DNA from: Puniceicoccaceae bacterium
GTDB taxonomy: Bacteria > Verrucomicrobiota > Verrucomicrobiia > Opitutales > Oceanipulchritudinaceae
Direction of reading: 5' to 3'
Assembly (NCBI GenBank): GCA_040830765.1
Contig: JBFOMH010000023.1
Location: forward strand, 1-50,223
Length of the DNA stretch: 50,223 bases
A model generated the notes under the pieces. That model did not search any database, had not been told where the DNA came from, and saw nothing but the letters and a program-made list of their open reading frames with translations. Every line of letters begins with the position of its first letter. Within the stretch, counting starts at the first letter, position 1. A program made the translations under genes and the position numbers. Of the stretch, positions 10,635 to 20,787 are shown piece by piece.

Positions 10635-12212
10635 ATGTCCTGGAATTCATTCACCGAAAACATCTACGTTAACACTGGGCTCGACTTCACCCTCGATTAC
10701 TCGCTCATGGGCGCCGACGCTTCCTTCTTCACGGAGATGGAACCGCGCATGCAAGCCGCCTTCACAGCCATGCAGGAACTGGAAGGTGGAGCCATCGCCA
10801 ATCCGGATGAAGGCCGCATGGTCGGCCATTACTGGCTACGCAACCCCGGACTGGCTCCCGAGCCGGCCCTCGCGGAAGCAATTGAGGCCAACGTGGCGGC
10901 CATCGAGGCCTTTGCCACTCAAATTCATCGCGGTGAAATCAAGGGTGCCGGCGGCGCTTTCGAGCATTTGCTGGTTATTGGCATCGGTGGTTCCGCCCTC
11001 GGGCCGCAGTTTGTCGCCCAGGCCTTGGGCCAGCCCGGCGAGGACCGGCTTCAGCTACACTTTTTCGATAACACGGATCCGGATGGGCTCGACCTTACCC
11101 TGGCCAACCTCCGGGGTCAGCTGGACAAGACACTTGCCGTCGTCATTTCCAAATCCGGAGGAACACCGGAAACCCGCAATGGCATGCTCGAGGCCATGCA
11201 GGCCTATCTCGCCGAGGGTATCGAATTCGCCAGCCAGGCAGTGGCCATCACGGGAGAAGGCAGCAACCTCGACAAGGTGGCCAGCGAGGACGGCTGGCTG
11301 GCACGCTTCCCCATGTGGGACTGGGTTGGTGGTCGCACCTCGGAGCTGGCCGGTGTCGGCCTTTTCCCGGCAGCCCTCCAGGGGCTCGACATCCGCGGTA
11401 TGCTCAAGGGCGCGGCAGACATGGATGCCCTTACCCGCAATCCGGTCACCCGGGACAATCCGGCTGCCCTGCTGGCACTGCTCTGGTACCATGCCACAAA
11501 CGGCAAGGGGGAGAAGGACATGGTCATCCTGCCCTACAAGGACCGGCTGATGCTCTTCTCGAAATACCTCCAACAGCTCATCATGGAGTCGCTGGGCAAG
11601 GAAAAGGACCTCGATGGCAATGTCGTTTATCAGGGCATTGCCGTCTACGGTAACAAGGGCTCCACCGACCAGCATGCCTATGTCCAGCAGCTCCGCGAAG
11701 GCGTGAACAATTTCTTTGCCACCTTCATCGAAGTCAAAAAGGACCGTGAGGGCGCTTCCATCGAGGTCGAGGATGGTATCACTTCAGGAGACTACCTGCA
11801 TGCTTTTCTTCTCGGTACACGGTCAGCCCTGGCCGAGATGGACCGCGCTTCCCTGACCCTGACCATTGATGAGGTCAATGCCCGGACCGTCGGCATGCTG
11901 ATCGCACTCTATGAGCGGGCAGTTGGTTTTTATGCCTCCCTCGTCAACATTAACGCCTACCATCAGCCAGGCGTGGAGGCCGGAAAAAAGGCCGCTGCCA
12001 GTTTTCTCAAGCTGCAGCAACGCCTCATCGCTCACCTTGAGAACAACCGAGGCTCCTTCCAGTCTGTTCCGGAAATTGCCGCCGCCATTGATGCCGCGGA
12101 CGAGGCAGTGACCATTTACAAGCTGCTCGAGCACGCGCTTCTCAATCCCTCCAAGGGAATCCAGAAAAAGCTAAGCGAAAAACCGTTTGACTCGACATAC
12201 GGGGTTGTTTAA
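10635..12212 (+). CDS. pgi: glucose-6-phosphate isomerase
   Basis: [37 protein letters not shown] and [11 protein letters not shown] motifs. Confidence 0.97.
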   Translation: MSWNSFTENIYVNTGLDFTLDYSLMGADASFFTEMEPRMQAAFTAMQELEGGAIANPDEGRMVGHYWLRNPGLAPEPALAEAIEANVAAIEAFATQIHRGEIKGAGGAFEHLLVIGIGGSALGPQFVAQALGQPGEDRLQLHFFDNTDPDGLDLTLANLRGQLDKTLAVVISKSGGTPETRNGMLEAMQAYLAEGIEFASQAVAITGEGSNLDKVASEDGWLARFPMWDWVGGRTSELAGVGLFPAALQGLDIRGMLKGAADMDALTRNPVTRDNPAALLALLWYHATNGKGEKDMVILPYKDRLMLFSKYLQQLIMESLGKEKDLDGNVVYQGIAVYGNKGSTDQHAYVQQLREGVNNFFATFIEVKKDREGASIEVEDGITSGDYLHAFLLGTRSALAEMDRASLTLTIDEVNARTVGMLIALYERAVGFYASLVNINAYHQPGVEAGKKAAASFLKLQQRLIAHLENNRGSFQSVPEIAAAIDAADEAVTIYKLLEHALLNPSKGIQKKLSEKPFDSTYGVV

Positions 12213-12222
12213 AACACCCCCT

Positions 12223-12987
12223 ATGAGTGAACCCGAGACGTCCCGAAAGCACCGATCCCCCGCCCTGTTTGCTGTACTCCTGTTCCTCGTGCTGGTGATT
12301 TCCGGCTGGCGTGAATGGGACCACCGGAAGCACATTGACCGTTTGCAGGACATCGAGTCTGAGCTGAGGCAATCCCTGCTCCAGGCAGAGGCGGACAGGA
12401 TGGAATGGCAGGAACTGGCCCAATCTCGAATAGTCACCATTGAGGATCAAGAGATTGCCCTGCAGTCACTGGAGGACCGGGGTGAAAACCTCCAGGCCCA
12501 GAGGGACCATTTAAAAGCCGAATCAGACCGTTTGGCCAACCGTATGGAAGCCATGCAGTCAAGCATGCGGGATCTGGAATCACAACTGGAGCAAACCCGC
12601 ATTGAATTGCTGGCGGCCCAAGCCCAGCCGCAGGAACTGAGTGGACAACTGAAAGCCAGCATGGCCCGCAATGCTGCCTTGGAGGCCCGGCTGGATGAGC
12701 ACGCAGGTGCGATCCGGTATATCCCATCCATTGTCGAGATTGCCGGCCTATCCGCTGACAAGACCGTATTCTCCCTATCCGGGGAACTGTCGGAAGGCAC
12801 CGAGTTCCCGGTCCCTGTCCATCTTTGCGGGACCGATGGGATTTATCTCGATGGCTGGATTCACCGGCGCGAGGATGCGCTCCTGATCGGTCATGTGAAA
12901 CGTTGGCAAAGCGGAACATCCACACTTGTCAAAGGACAAAAAGTCTTCATCTTACCTAGGAAAAGTTATGAAGCGGATCCGTATTAA
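12223..12987 (+). CDS. hypothetical membrane-anchored coiled-coil protein
   Basis: Single N-terminal TM, about 130-aa heptad-rich region, small C-terminal beta-rich domain; in line with pgi. Start uncertain. Confidence 0.75.
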   Translation: MSEPETSRKHRSPALFAVLLFLVLVISGWREWDHRKHIDRLQDIESELRQSLLQAEADRMEWQELAQSRIVTIEDQEIALQSLEDRGENLQAQRDHLKAESDRLANRMEAMQSSMRDLESQLEQTRIELLAAQAQPQELSGQLKASMARNAALEARLDEHAGAIRYIPSIVEIAGLSADKTVFSLSGELSEGTEFPVPVHLCGTDGIYLDGWIHRREDALLIGHVKRWQSGTSTLVKGQKVFILPRKSYEADPY

Positions 12988-13144
12988 ACTATTTGTCCTG
13001 TTATTTGCCTTGGGCAGCCTGTTCACCTTCAGCGGATGCCGGAGCCTCATGGAAGAGGATCCCAATGAAGCGCAAATCCCCTGGGCCACACCAGCCGACT
13101 GGGAAGGACAGGTCCCTGGAATGCCCAGCCCGGGAGGTTTCTAG
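12968..13144 (+). CDS. small hypothetical lipoprotein (58 aa)
   Basis: MKRIRIK-hydrophobic-FSG|C lipobox; mature part contains IPWATPADWEGQVPGM; fills the gap before rsmI. Confidence 0.75.
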   Translation: MKRIRIKLFVLLFALGSLFTFSGCRSLMEEDPNEAQIPWATPADWEGQVPGMPSPGGF

Positions 13145-13158
13145 GCGGAAAGGCCCTC

Positions 13159-13863
13159 ATGGCATCTGGAAGCAAGCCGGAGGCCGGACTCTATCTCATT
13201 GCTACGCCCATCGGCAATCTGGGAGACATCACCCAGCGGGCACGTGAATTGCTCGCTTCGGTTGACCGCCTCTATGCCGAGGATACTCGACACTCCAGAA
13301 AACTGCTCAACCACCTGGAAATTGAGCGCTCCCTTGCTCCCTGTCACGACCACAATGAAACAGCAGTGGTCACCGAAGTCATCCGGTACATCGAGGATGG
13401 GCAAAGCTGCGGCCTGATCAGCGATGCAGGCTCACCGGGCATCAGCGATCCAGGATTCAGGCTCGTTCGTGCCTGTCGCAAGGCGGGTTTGCCGGTCTAT
13501 CCGATTCCCGGTGCCAGTGCCGTCATCGCGGCGCTTTCGGTCTCCGGGCTACCCACCGATCGCTTTCGCTTTTGCGGATTCCTGGCTCCCAAGCGTTCGG
13601 CCCGCCTGCGTCACTTCGAGGAAGTCAAGGAAGTGGAGGAGACGCTGGTTTACTTTGAATCCACCCACCGCATCGGCAAATTCATGGAGGATGCAGAGGC
13701 CGTCTTTGGAGCAGACCGGGTAGCCTGCCTCGCTCGCGAGCTGACCAAAAAGCACGAGACCGTGCTTACGGGCACCATCGCTGACGTTCACCAGCGTCTG
13801 GCCAAGGGTTCATCCAAGGGAGAATTTGTCGTCATGGTGGCCAAGCAGGGATTCGAATTATGA
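13159..13863 (+). CDS. rsmI: 16S rRNA (cytidine1402-2'-O)-methyltransferase
   Basis: LYLIATPIGNLGDIT.RA, AEDTR, ISDAGSPGISDPG and ARELTKKHE motifs. Confidence 0.96.
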   Translation: MASGSKPEAGLYLIATPIGNLGDITQRARELLASVDRLYAEDTRHSRKLLNHLEIERSLAPCHDHNETAVVTEVIRYIEDGQSCGLISDAGSPGISDPGFRLVRACRKAGLPVYPIPGASAVIAALSVSGLPTDRFRFCGFLAPKRSARLRHFEEVKEVEETLVYFESTHRIGKFMEDAEAVFGADRVACLARELTKKHETVLTGTIADVHQRLAKGSSKGEFVVMVAKQGFEL

Positions 13864-14804
13864 GTCCACGGGTGGCCGTCATTGATGTAGGCAGCAATTC
13901 CATCAAGGCACTGGTGGCCAGAAAACAGGACGGAATTTTCGGAATTGAGGCGATTTACGAGGAATCGCTTGAGGTCCGCATCAGCCGGGGAATTGGCGGT
14001 GAACCACCAATGCTAATGCCGGACCGGATAGAAGCAGGCGTCGAGGCAGTGCCCAGACTTTGGAAGGCCTGCCAGGACCATGGACCACTCAAGCGTAGTC
14101 AAATTGTGGCTACGAGTGCCGTGCGCTCGGCGGCTAACGGCCATCTGTTCACAGAGTCGGTAGAAGCCGAGACCGGCTTGGCGCCTGTCATCCTGACCGG
14201 CGCTGAGGAGGCAGACGGGATTGCCAATGGAGTCCGTACGGATCCCAATATCGAGGACCGCCTGGATGACTTTACGGTATTTGATCTTGGAGGAGGCAGC
14301 CTTGAGTTGATCCGGTTCGAGCACCATGGTGTCACCGACCGGACCAGCCTGCCACTGGGTTCAGTCCGCCTCACGGAACAATTTATCAGTAGCCCCGGCG
14401 AACCGATTCCAAACCACGAGGCAGAGGCCCTTTCCAACTACGTGCGCGAGCACATTGTGGCAACGGATTTTCCCATACGTGCACCGCTTGTCGGCTGCAG
14501 TGGCGGTCTTGCCGCCCTTCGTCAGATTCTTGCCAGGGACCGGGACCCGGAGAGCTGCGACAATCATTCCCGTTTCAGTCGGGCCAGGATTCAACGGTTG
14601 AGAGAGACGGTCCTGTCACAGGATCTGGATCAGCGGATTCAGCTCTCTGGCCTGCCCCCGCACCGGGCGGATATCTTCCCCGCAGCCCTGTTGACCTTTG
14701 AGGTCATAATGGAATTGGGCCAGGCGGATGCCCTCACCCACTCTTTCCACAACCTGAGATACGGGCTGGCCTGGGCGTTGTTGAATGAACTGGAGCAAGG
14801 CTGA
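13860..14804 (+). CDS. ppx: Ppx/GppA family phosphatase (short form, no HD domain)
   Basis: AVIDVGSNSIK, ATSAVRSAAN, EEA, DLGGGSLE, SLPLGSVRLTE, RADIFPA and LRYG motifs. Confidence 0.88.
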   Translation: MSPRVAVIDVGSNSIKALVARKQDGIFGIEAIYEESLEVRISRGIGGEPPMLMPDRIEAGVEAVPRLWKACQDHGPLKRSQIVATSAVRSAANGHLFTESVEAETGLAPVILTGAEEADGIANGVRTDPNIEDRLDDFTVFDLGGGSLELIRFEHHGVTDRTSLPLGSVRLTEQFISSPGEPIPNHEAEALSNYVREHIVATDFPIRAPLVGCSGGLAALRQILARDRDPESCDNHSRFSRARIQRLRETVLSQDLDQRIQLSGLPPHRADIFPAALLTFEVIMELGQADALTHSFHNLRYGLAWALLNELEQG

Positions 14805-14805
14805 G

Positions 14806-15579
14806 TTACTGTTCCAGGTTCCATCGATAGAAGGCACGTCCCATCAGGAAGAGGCTGATCAGCATGTTGGCCACCTTCATCAGTAAGCCCCCAAGGACCT
14901 GGTCCGACATCGGATCCAAGAAGCTGATCCGGGGAGCGAGGTCATAAGTCGGGTAAAGGACCTCCGTGGAGAACGTCAGAATACCGAAAAGGGGTATCTG
15001 GACCACCATGAGAAGGAAAATATAGAGAATCTGAACACCCCAGTTCATGTTAGGCACTTTCCCGGACTTCCCGAGAATAGGCCAGAGGGCCATTACCGAT
15101 GAAAGGTACATTGTCAGATGCTCCACCATGTGCAGGACCTTGTCATGGAGGGCCGCTTCGTAAAGTCCGGGGAAGTGCCAGATACAAAAGGTGAAGGTGA
15201 AGGTGAATCCGGCAACCAGTGGATGGACAAGGAACCGGAAAACTCTTTCCAGGAGGGCTGACTTCGCCAGCAGGCTGTCGACCAGCCATCCGGGTATGGC
15301 GATTATGGTCAGCACCGCGGTGATGTACATGAGGATATTGTGCTGGACCATGTGCGCACTGAAAAGGAAACCCTCCCCCATCGCATCAATGGGCGACCCA
15401 ACTGCGATATAGAACGAGATAACCGCTGCAATGAACCAGCCAGTTTCCTTTTTCGGAAAAGCGGCTTCAGGTTGGAGTGAGTTCCGTAATGGACCTGTCA
15501 GGACAAGATAAACCCATGTCACCAGCAGGATGCCCACCAGCAAGGCGGGTTCAGTATGCCAATGATTCCACTGTACCAT
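14806..15579 (-). CDS. ctaG: cytochrome c oxidase assembly factor (caa3-type CtaG)
   Basis: SPID...LFSAHMVQH, WHFP.LY, HMVEH and DQVLGGLLM motifs; last gene of the cta operon. Confidence 0.92.
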   Translation of the reverse strand: MVQWNHWHTEPALLVGILLVTWVYLVLTGPLRNSLQPEAAFPKKETGWFIAAVISFYIAVGSPIDAMGEGFLFSAHMVQHNILMYITAVLTIIAIPGWLVDSLLAKSALLERVFRFLVHPLVAGFTFTFTFCIWHFPGLYEAALHDKVLHMVEHLTMYLSSVMALWPILGKSGKVPNMNWGVQILYIFLLMVVQIPLFGILTFSTEVLYPTYDLAPRISFLDPMSDQVLGGLLMKVANMLISLFLMGRAFYRWNLEQ

Positions 15580-15591
15580 GGATTAAATTAA

Positions 15592-15713
15592 TAATCTTAG
15601 CCTTAGCCTTAATCTTAATCTTAGTCTTGCCCTAACGCCAACTCCCGTTTCGCCCTGTCGATAGGGCCCGGGGATTGGGATTAAGATTAAGATTAAGGCT
15701 AAGATTAAGATTG
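15592..15713. repeat. inverted tandem hexamer repeat (TAATCT/TAGCCT)n...(AGATTA/AGGCTA)n
   Basis: 6 units at 15592-15627 and 7 complementary units at 15672-15713, in the ctaF-ctaG spacer. Confidence 0.92.
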
Positions 15714-16049
15714 TTAAAAAACCGGGGCGCCGTTCGGATCCGCCTCAAAGAGAAACAGCAAGGCAGTTACCGTACCAGTGGCAATCAACAGCCCAATCAT
15801 GAAGAGAACGGTACAGAGCATGCGATCCCAGCGCAGGTGCATGAACCACCAGATGACCGCCAGGAACTTGGCCAGCGAAAGGATGGCCAGTGCCGAAAAA
15901 ACGATAAAGGGATGAATCGGAATGTAAACGATGACAATCTCAACGGCCGTGATGAGAATCAGGGCCATGGCCACATTGAAGAAGGTGAAGTACTTCTTGT
16001 GCTCCTCGAGGATGTGGAAGTGTAATCCGTGATGTTGTTCAGAGCTCAT
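15714..16049 (-). CDS. ctaF: cytochrome c oxidase subunit IV family protein
   Basis: Three TMs, LILITAVE...AKF.AVIWWFMHLRWD motif, position within the operon. Confidence 0.9.
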   Translation of the reverse strand: MSSEQHHGLHFHILEEHKKYFTFFNVAMALILITAVEIVIVYIPIHPFIVFSALAILSLAKFLAVIWWFMHLRWDRMLCTVLFMIGLLIATGTVTALLFLFEADPNGAPVF

Positions 16050-16074
16050 TTGCTATTGGGATTTGAAAGGTGAT

Positions 16075-16689
16075 TTAGAGATATTCGACGAGATAAACGG
16101 CGGTAAAAATAACAATCCAGACAATATCAACGAAGTGCCAGTAAAGTCCGGCCGTCTCAATGTCCAGAGAATGGACCCAGTCGAATTTCTTGGTGAATGA
16201 AAAAATGAGCCAACTGGCCAGCCAGAGTACGCCCAGGGCGACGTGAACCCCGTGTGTCCCGGTCAGGACATAAAAGGTCGAACCGAAAACACTGCTGCTC
16301 AAGGTCAGGTCCTTATGATGAACGAAGTGGGAGAATTCATAGACCTGACCGCCGAGGAAGATCAATCCGAAGACAATCGTCCCGAAGAGAAACCAGCGCA
16401 TGCTCTTGATATTCTTCTTGTGGGCCGAGGAAACGGTCAAGGCCATGAGGAAGGAACTCATCAGCAGGATGAAGGAACTGAAGCCGGTCAGTTCAATACT
16501 GAAGATATCCGTCGGATCAACGACCGTGGGATAAATCTTCCGGTAGATGAGGTGGGTACTGATCAAGGTTCCAAAGAACATGCAGTCGGATGCGAGAAAG
16601 GCCCACATGGCCATCTTCTTGTGCTCCACTCCAGTGTTGGTTTTCTTCAGCTCCTCAAGGGGGTCCGCGTGTGCTGCAACATCTGACAT
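16075..16689 (-). CDS. ctaE: cytochrome c oxidase subunit III
   Basis: MWAFLASDCMFFG, FYVLTGTHGVHV and GLYWHFVDIVW motifs. Confidence 0.96.
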   Translation of the reverse strand: MSDVAAHADPLEELKKTNTGVEHKKMAMWAFLASDCMFFGTLISTHLIYRKIYPTVVDPTDIFSIELTGFSSFILLMSSFLMALTVSSAHKKNIKSMRWFLFGTIVFGLIFLGGQVYEFSHFVHHKDLTLSSSVFGSTFYVLTGTHGVHVALGVLWLASWLIFSFTKKFDWVHSLDIETAGLYWHFVDIVWIVIFTAVYLVEYL

Positions 16690-16693
16690 ATTT

Positions 16694-16735
16694 AAATCCT
16701 AATCTTAATCTTAATCTTAGCCTTATTCTTAATCC
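16694..16735. repeat. tandem hexamer repeat (TAATCT)n, single arm
   Basis: AAATCC TAATCT TAATCT TAATCT TAGCCT TATTCT TAATCC fills most of the ctaD-ctaE spacer. Confidence 0.9.
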
Positions 16736-16743
16736 TCCGGCTT

Positions 16744-18693
16744 TCAGTGGCCTCCATGGGAGCCCTCTTCCGGCTCAACGGCTCCAACGAGCTCTTCCGG
16801 ATCCGGGTACAGGTGATAGCCGCCCGGACCTTCAAGGGCCCACATGTAGATGCCGAACAAGGTCACGAAGAGGCCCGGTACCAGCATGTGGAAGAGGGAG
16901 ATGTCACTCTCGCCAAGAAAGGGCAAAAGGCGCTCCATGGGTTGGCCGTGGAAGATGACTCCCATGCCGGCAATAAACAATCCGATGGAAACAACAAGGG
17001 GCCACCAGGACTGGTCCGGCATGTGGATTCCGTGCGAGCCGGGAGCAATTTTGCCCATTTTCTTTTCCGCATGCCCGTACTTGTTCTCCCAGACCTGGTC
17101 GCGGGCATTAATGACCGGCGTGAATCCAAAGTTGTATTCCTTTGGCGGGCTGCTGGTTTCCCATTCAAGGGTCCGTGCATCCCATGGGTTTTCACCCGAT
17201 GGCTTGCCCTTGAAGCAACTGTAGATGACCTGCAGGACAACCGCGGCAATCCCCAACCCAAGGATGAGAGCGCCGATTGTTGACCAGAAATTGGCATCAT
17301 TCCAGCCCATCTCCGCCTTGTAGGTATGGGTCCGGCGGGGCATCCCGGACATGCCAAGGATGTGCATCGGGAAGAAGGCAAGGTTGAAGCCGATAAAAAT
17401 AGTATAGAAGAATACCTTTCCGAGGTTGTCGTTCATCAGCTTGCCGGTGACTTTGGGGAACCAATAGTAAATCCCGCAAAGAAGGGCAAAGATGGACCCA
17501 CCGATGAGCACATAGTGGAAGTGGGCGATGACAAAGTAGGAATCCTGTTGCTGGGCATCGACAGGCGGCGAACTGTGCATAATCCCGGTGAAGCCACCGA
17601 GCATGAACATCCAGATGAAACCAAGGGCGAAGAGCATCGGCGTAGTGAACCGGATCTGGCCGCCCCAGAGAGTCCCTATCCAGTTGAAGATCTTCACCCC
17701 GGTGGGGATGGAAATAAGCATCGTCAGGAAGGCAAAGGCAGAAGTCGCGACGATGCCCAGGCCGGTTGTGAACATGTGGTGACTCCAGACCGCAAAGCCG
17801 AGGAAGCCGATAACCGCACCTGAGAAAACAACCAGCGGGTATCCGAAGAGGGGCTTGCGGGAAAATACCGGAAGCACCTCGGAAATAATGCCCATTGCCG
17901 GGAGGATGAGAATGTACACCTCCGGGTGGCCGAAGATCCAGAACAGGTGCTGCCAGAGGATCGGCTTGCCGCCACCGGGAACATCAAAAAAGTGGGTCCC
18001 GAAGTGGCGATCAAACATCAGCTCGGCCAGCGCGATGGTAATCGGGGGAAAGGCCAGGATGATGAGGAAGGAGGTCACCAGGGTCATCCAGGTAAACACC
18101 GGCAGGCGCATCATGCTCAATCCTGGGGCCCGCATATTGAGAATGGTAGTGATGAAATTGAAGGAACCAGCCAGTGAGGCGATACCGAGTATCTGCAGGC
18201 CGATAATCCAGAAGTCCGTCCCGATGTCGGGATCAAACTGGCGGGCCGTGAGGGGTGCATAGCCAAACCAGCCAATTGCCGGGGCTGCCTGGAAAAACCA
18301 GCTCAAGTTGACAATGATACCACCGGCGAGGAAGCACCACAGGCCAAGGGCATTGAGCCGCGGAAAGGCCACATCCCGGGCCCCCACCTGAAGTGGCATG
18401 ATGAAGTTGAAGAAAGCCGCGCTCAGTGGCATGACAGCAAGGAAGACCATTGTCGTCCCGTGCATGGTGAACATCTGGTTGTAGGTCTGGGCGGAGATAA
18501 GGTCATTCTCCGGTGCCATCAGCTGCAAGCGGATGATGAGGGCCTCCACCCCGCCAACAAGCAGGAAGAAGAGAGCACCGATGGCATAAGCAATGCCGAT
18601 TTTCTTGTGATCAACCGTGGTCAGGAATCCAACCAGTCCGGTCTTCTTCAGCGGACGTTTCCAGGTTCCGTATGTTACTTGTTCCGTGGACAT
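16744..18693 (-). CDS. ctaD: cytochrome c oxidase subunit I (A1-type)
   Basis: DHKKIG, TMHGTTM, WIFGHPEVY, VWSHHMF, AHFHY and GMPRR motifs; extra C-terminal TMs. Confidence 0.98.
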   Translation of the reverse strand: MSTEQVTYGTWKRPLKKTGLVGFLTTVDHKKIGIAYAIGALFFLLVGGVEALIIRLQLMAPENDLISAQTYNQMFTMHGTTMVFLAVMPLSAAFFNFIMPLQVGARDVAFPRLNALGLWCFLAGGIIVNLSWFFQAAPAIGWFGYAPLTARQFDPDIGTDFWIIGLQILGIASLAGSFNFITTILNMRAPGLSMMRLPVFTWMTLVTSFLIILAFPPITIALAELMFDRHFGTHFFDVPGGGKPILWQHLFWIFGHPEVYILILPAMGIISEVLPVFSRKPLFGYPLVVFSGAVIGFLGFAVWSHHMFTTGLGIVATSAFAFLTMLISIPTGVKIFNWIGTLWGGQIRFTTPMLFALGFIWMFMLGGFTGIMHSSPPVDAQQQDSYFVIAHFHYVLIGGSIFALLCGIYYWFPKVTGKLMNDNLGKVFFYTIFIGFNLAFFPMHILGMSGMPRRTHTYKAEMGWNDANFWSTIGALILGLGIAAVVLQVIYSCFKGKPSGENPWDARTLEWETSSPPKEYNFGFTPVINARDQVWENKYGHAEKKMGKIAPGSHGIHMPDQSWWPLVVSIGLFIAGMGVIFHGQPMERLLPFLGESDISLFHMLVPGLFVTLFGIYMWALEGPGGYHLYPDPEELVGAVEPEEGSHGGH

Positions 18694-18708
18694 AGAAAAT
18701 TCCTCGCT

Positions 18709-19854
18709 TTATTTGAGAGTGTAGAGATAGGCGGCAATTGCTTCTGCCTGGGCCTCGGTCAGGTTGGCATCCATGAGGCCTTCCATCTGGGGCGGGCCGA
18801 GCGGATTGTTCGGGTCGGGAAATCCTTCCCACATGAAGTTACCCGGCTTCACTTTGTCGGGATGAAGGATCCAGTGGACGAGGTTTTCCGACTCGTTTTC
18901 CAGCCAACCGGCAGCGATGCTGGTTCGGCTCCCGAAGTGGGCCAGGTTGGGGCCCATGGTCTGGACGCGTGAATCGACGCTGTGACACCTTGCACAATTC
19001 TCAATGAAGAGTTCTGCGCCCGTCAGGGCCAGTGCCTCATCCATACCTTCAGTACTCACCGGCGTGTAGTCACCAATGCTGGCATCGACCACAGTGGCGG
19101 TTTGCTGATCTTCCAGCCAGGCCGCAAATTCGTCCTCGCTGAGTGCCTTGGCCCGGAAAAGCATGTAGGCGTGGGAATCACCACAGTATTCGGCACACTG
19201 TCCCCAGAAGTAGCCCGGTTCATCCGCCTGAATCCACATTTTGTTCTCCTGTCCCGGCATCAAGTCGGTCTTGCCGGCCAGCTTCGGGAGCCAGAAACTG
19301 TGGATGACGTCGTTGGCCTTGAGGTTCAGCTTGACCACTTTTCCGGCCGGAAAGACCAGTTCATTGGCGGTATGGAATCCGTACTCCGGGTATTCAAAGC
19401 CCCACCACCACTGGTAGCCGGTGACATTTACCTCGAGCACTTCCTCCCCTTCCATGACCGGCGGACGCTCCTTGAGCAGGATGCCCCCGAATGTCGGAAT
19501 GGCAATGACCACCAGGAGGGCAGCAGAGCCCACGACAAGGCCCATTTCCACAAGGGGATGCCCGTGGGACTGTGGCGGAACAAAATTGGGATCATCACCC
19601 TTGCGCATCCGGAACTTCCAGATGGCAAATGCCAAGGCACCGCCAACCGTGACGAAAAGGAAGAGGGTGACCCACAAGGTGACATAGAAAATTTTCGCCT
19701 GGTTAAGTGCCAGTGGACCTTGCGGGTCCAGGGTTGATTGTTGACCAGTGGCGTTAAAGAGAGCGGTCTCCCCTCCTGAGTTAAGGCACTGAGGAACCGA
19801 AATCGCAGTCAGGGCGAGAAGGATACCAATCCAGATGTATGCAATCCACTTCAT
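18709..19854 (-). CDS. ctaC: cytochrome c oxidase subunit II with fused cytochrome c (caa3-type)
   Basis: GYQWWW.FEY, DVIHSFW, CAEYCGDSHAYM CuA site; C-terminal CARCH heme-c motif. Confidence 0.96.
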   Translation of the reverse strand: MKWIAYIWIGILLALTAISVPQCLNSGGETALFNATGQQSTLDPQGPLALNQAKIFYVTLWVTLFLFVTVGGALAFAIWKFRMRKGDDPNFVPPQSHGHPLVEMGLVVGSAALLVVIAIPTFGGILLKERPPVMEGEEVLEVNVTGYQWWWGFEYPEYGFHTANELVFPAGKVVKLNLKANDVIHSFWLPKLAGKTDLMPGQENKMWIQADEPGYFWGQCAEYCGDSHAYMLFRAKALSEDEFAAWLEDQQTATVVDASIGDYTPVSTEGMDEALALTGAELFIENCARCHSVDSRVQTMGPNLAHFGSRTSIAAGWLENESENLVHWILHPDKVKPGNFMWEGFPDPNNPLGPPQMEGLMDANLTEAQAEAIAAYLYTLK

Positions 19855-19872
19855 ATTAAAGGGTCTTCGGAA

Positions 19873-20787
19873 TTAGATGAAAAAGCGATCCGCCACCAAG
19901 GCTCCGAGGTAGACGGGCAAGTAAATGAGGGTGGCAATAAACAGCTTACGGGCGTGCAGGCGTTGGCTGGGATCCCGCAGGAAACGGATCGCCGGCATCA
20001 GGTGGGCGTAGCCAAGAACAAGGGTAACCAAGAGCAGCGGCCAGCCGAGTTGGGCTTCCCGGAGTGGCAACAGGGAAAGCGCAATCAGAATGACCGTCCA
20101 GGCAAGTGCCTTGATGGCCACATGCCGGCCCTTCTGGTCGGACACGGAAAGCATGTTGAACCCGCCCCGCTCGTAATCGTCGCGGCACATCCAGGAAATG
20201 GCCATGAAGTGCGGAATCTGCCAGGCGAAGAGAATCGCGAAGAGGACCCATCCCATGGTACTGAAACCGGCCCCGGCAGCAACCCAGCCAATGAGCGGGG
20301 GCAAGGCTCCCGGGATGGCGCCAATTTCGGTCGCCAGTGGCGTGACCTTTTTCAGGGGGGTATAGGCGAGGATGTAGAGGAGAACCGTCGCGGCAGTCAG
20401 CAGGGCGGCCGGGAGATTGACATTGTAGGCCAATAACCCGACACCGGCGACGGAGAGGGCAATCCCGAACAAGAGACCCTCCAGCGGGGCAATACGCCCG
20501 GCAGCCATGGGCCGGTTGGCTGTCCGCTCCATGCGGGCATCGGCCTCGCGTTCCCACCATTGGTTAAGCACCCCGCAGCCGAAGGCAGCCAGTGTCGTGC
20601 CCCCGCAAAGGCTGAGGAAGATAGAGAAATCGAGCTCCGGACCGGCAGCAAAGTATCCAAGTATGGCGGTGGCCACGGACATCAGGCTCAGTCGCGGCTT
20701 GGTCAGTTCCCACCAGTCGCTGAAGCTGGCCTCACTGGTGGCGGGAGCGTACTCCCGGATGACTTTGGTTCGTGTGAAATTACCCAT
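19873..20787 (-). CDS. ctaB: heme o synthase (protoheme IX farnesyltransferase)
   Basis: ELTKPR, NQWWER..DARMERT..RP, YTPLK, GAIPGALPPLIGW and WQIPHF motifs. Confidence 0.96.
   Translation of the reverse strand: MGNFTRTKVIREYAPATSEASFSDWWELTKPRLSLMSVATAILGYFAAGPELDFSIFLSLCGGTTLAAFGCGVLNQWWEREADARMERTANRPMAAGRIAPLEGLLFGIALSVAGVGLLAYNVNLPAALLTAATVLLYILAYTPLKKVTPLATEIGAIPGALPPLIGWVAAGAGFSTMGWVLFAILFAWQIPHFMAISWMCRDDYERGGFNMLSVSDQKGRHVAIKALAWTVILIALSLLPLREAQLGWPLLLVTLVLGYAHLMPAIRFLRDPSQRLHARKLFIATLIYLPVYLGALVADRFFI

Noticed and set aside
15675..16025. ORF starting MGLRLRLRLRLRLL
   Set aside because: The LR run is just the translated AGATTA hexamer repeat; the rest is antisense to ctaF.
8792..16735. 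Short tandem repeats considered as a CRISPR array
   Set aside because: Units are 6-7 bp with no unique spacers, and no cas genes are present.
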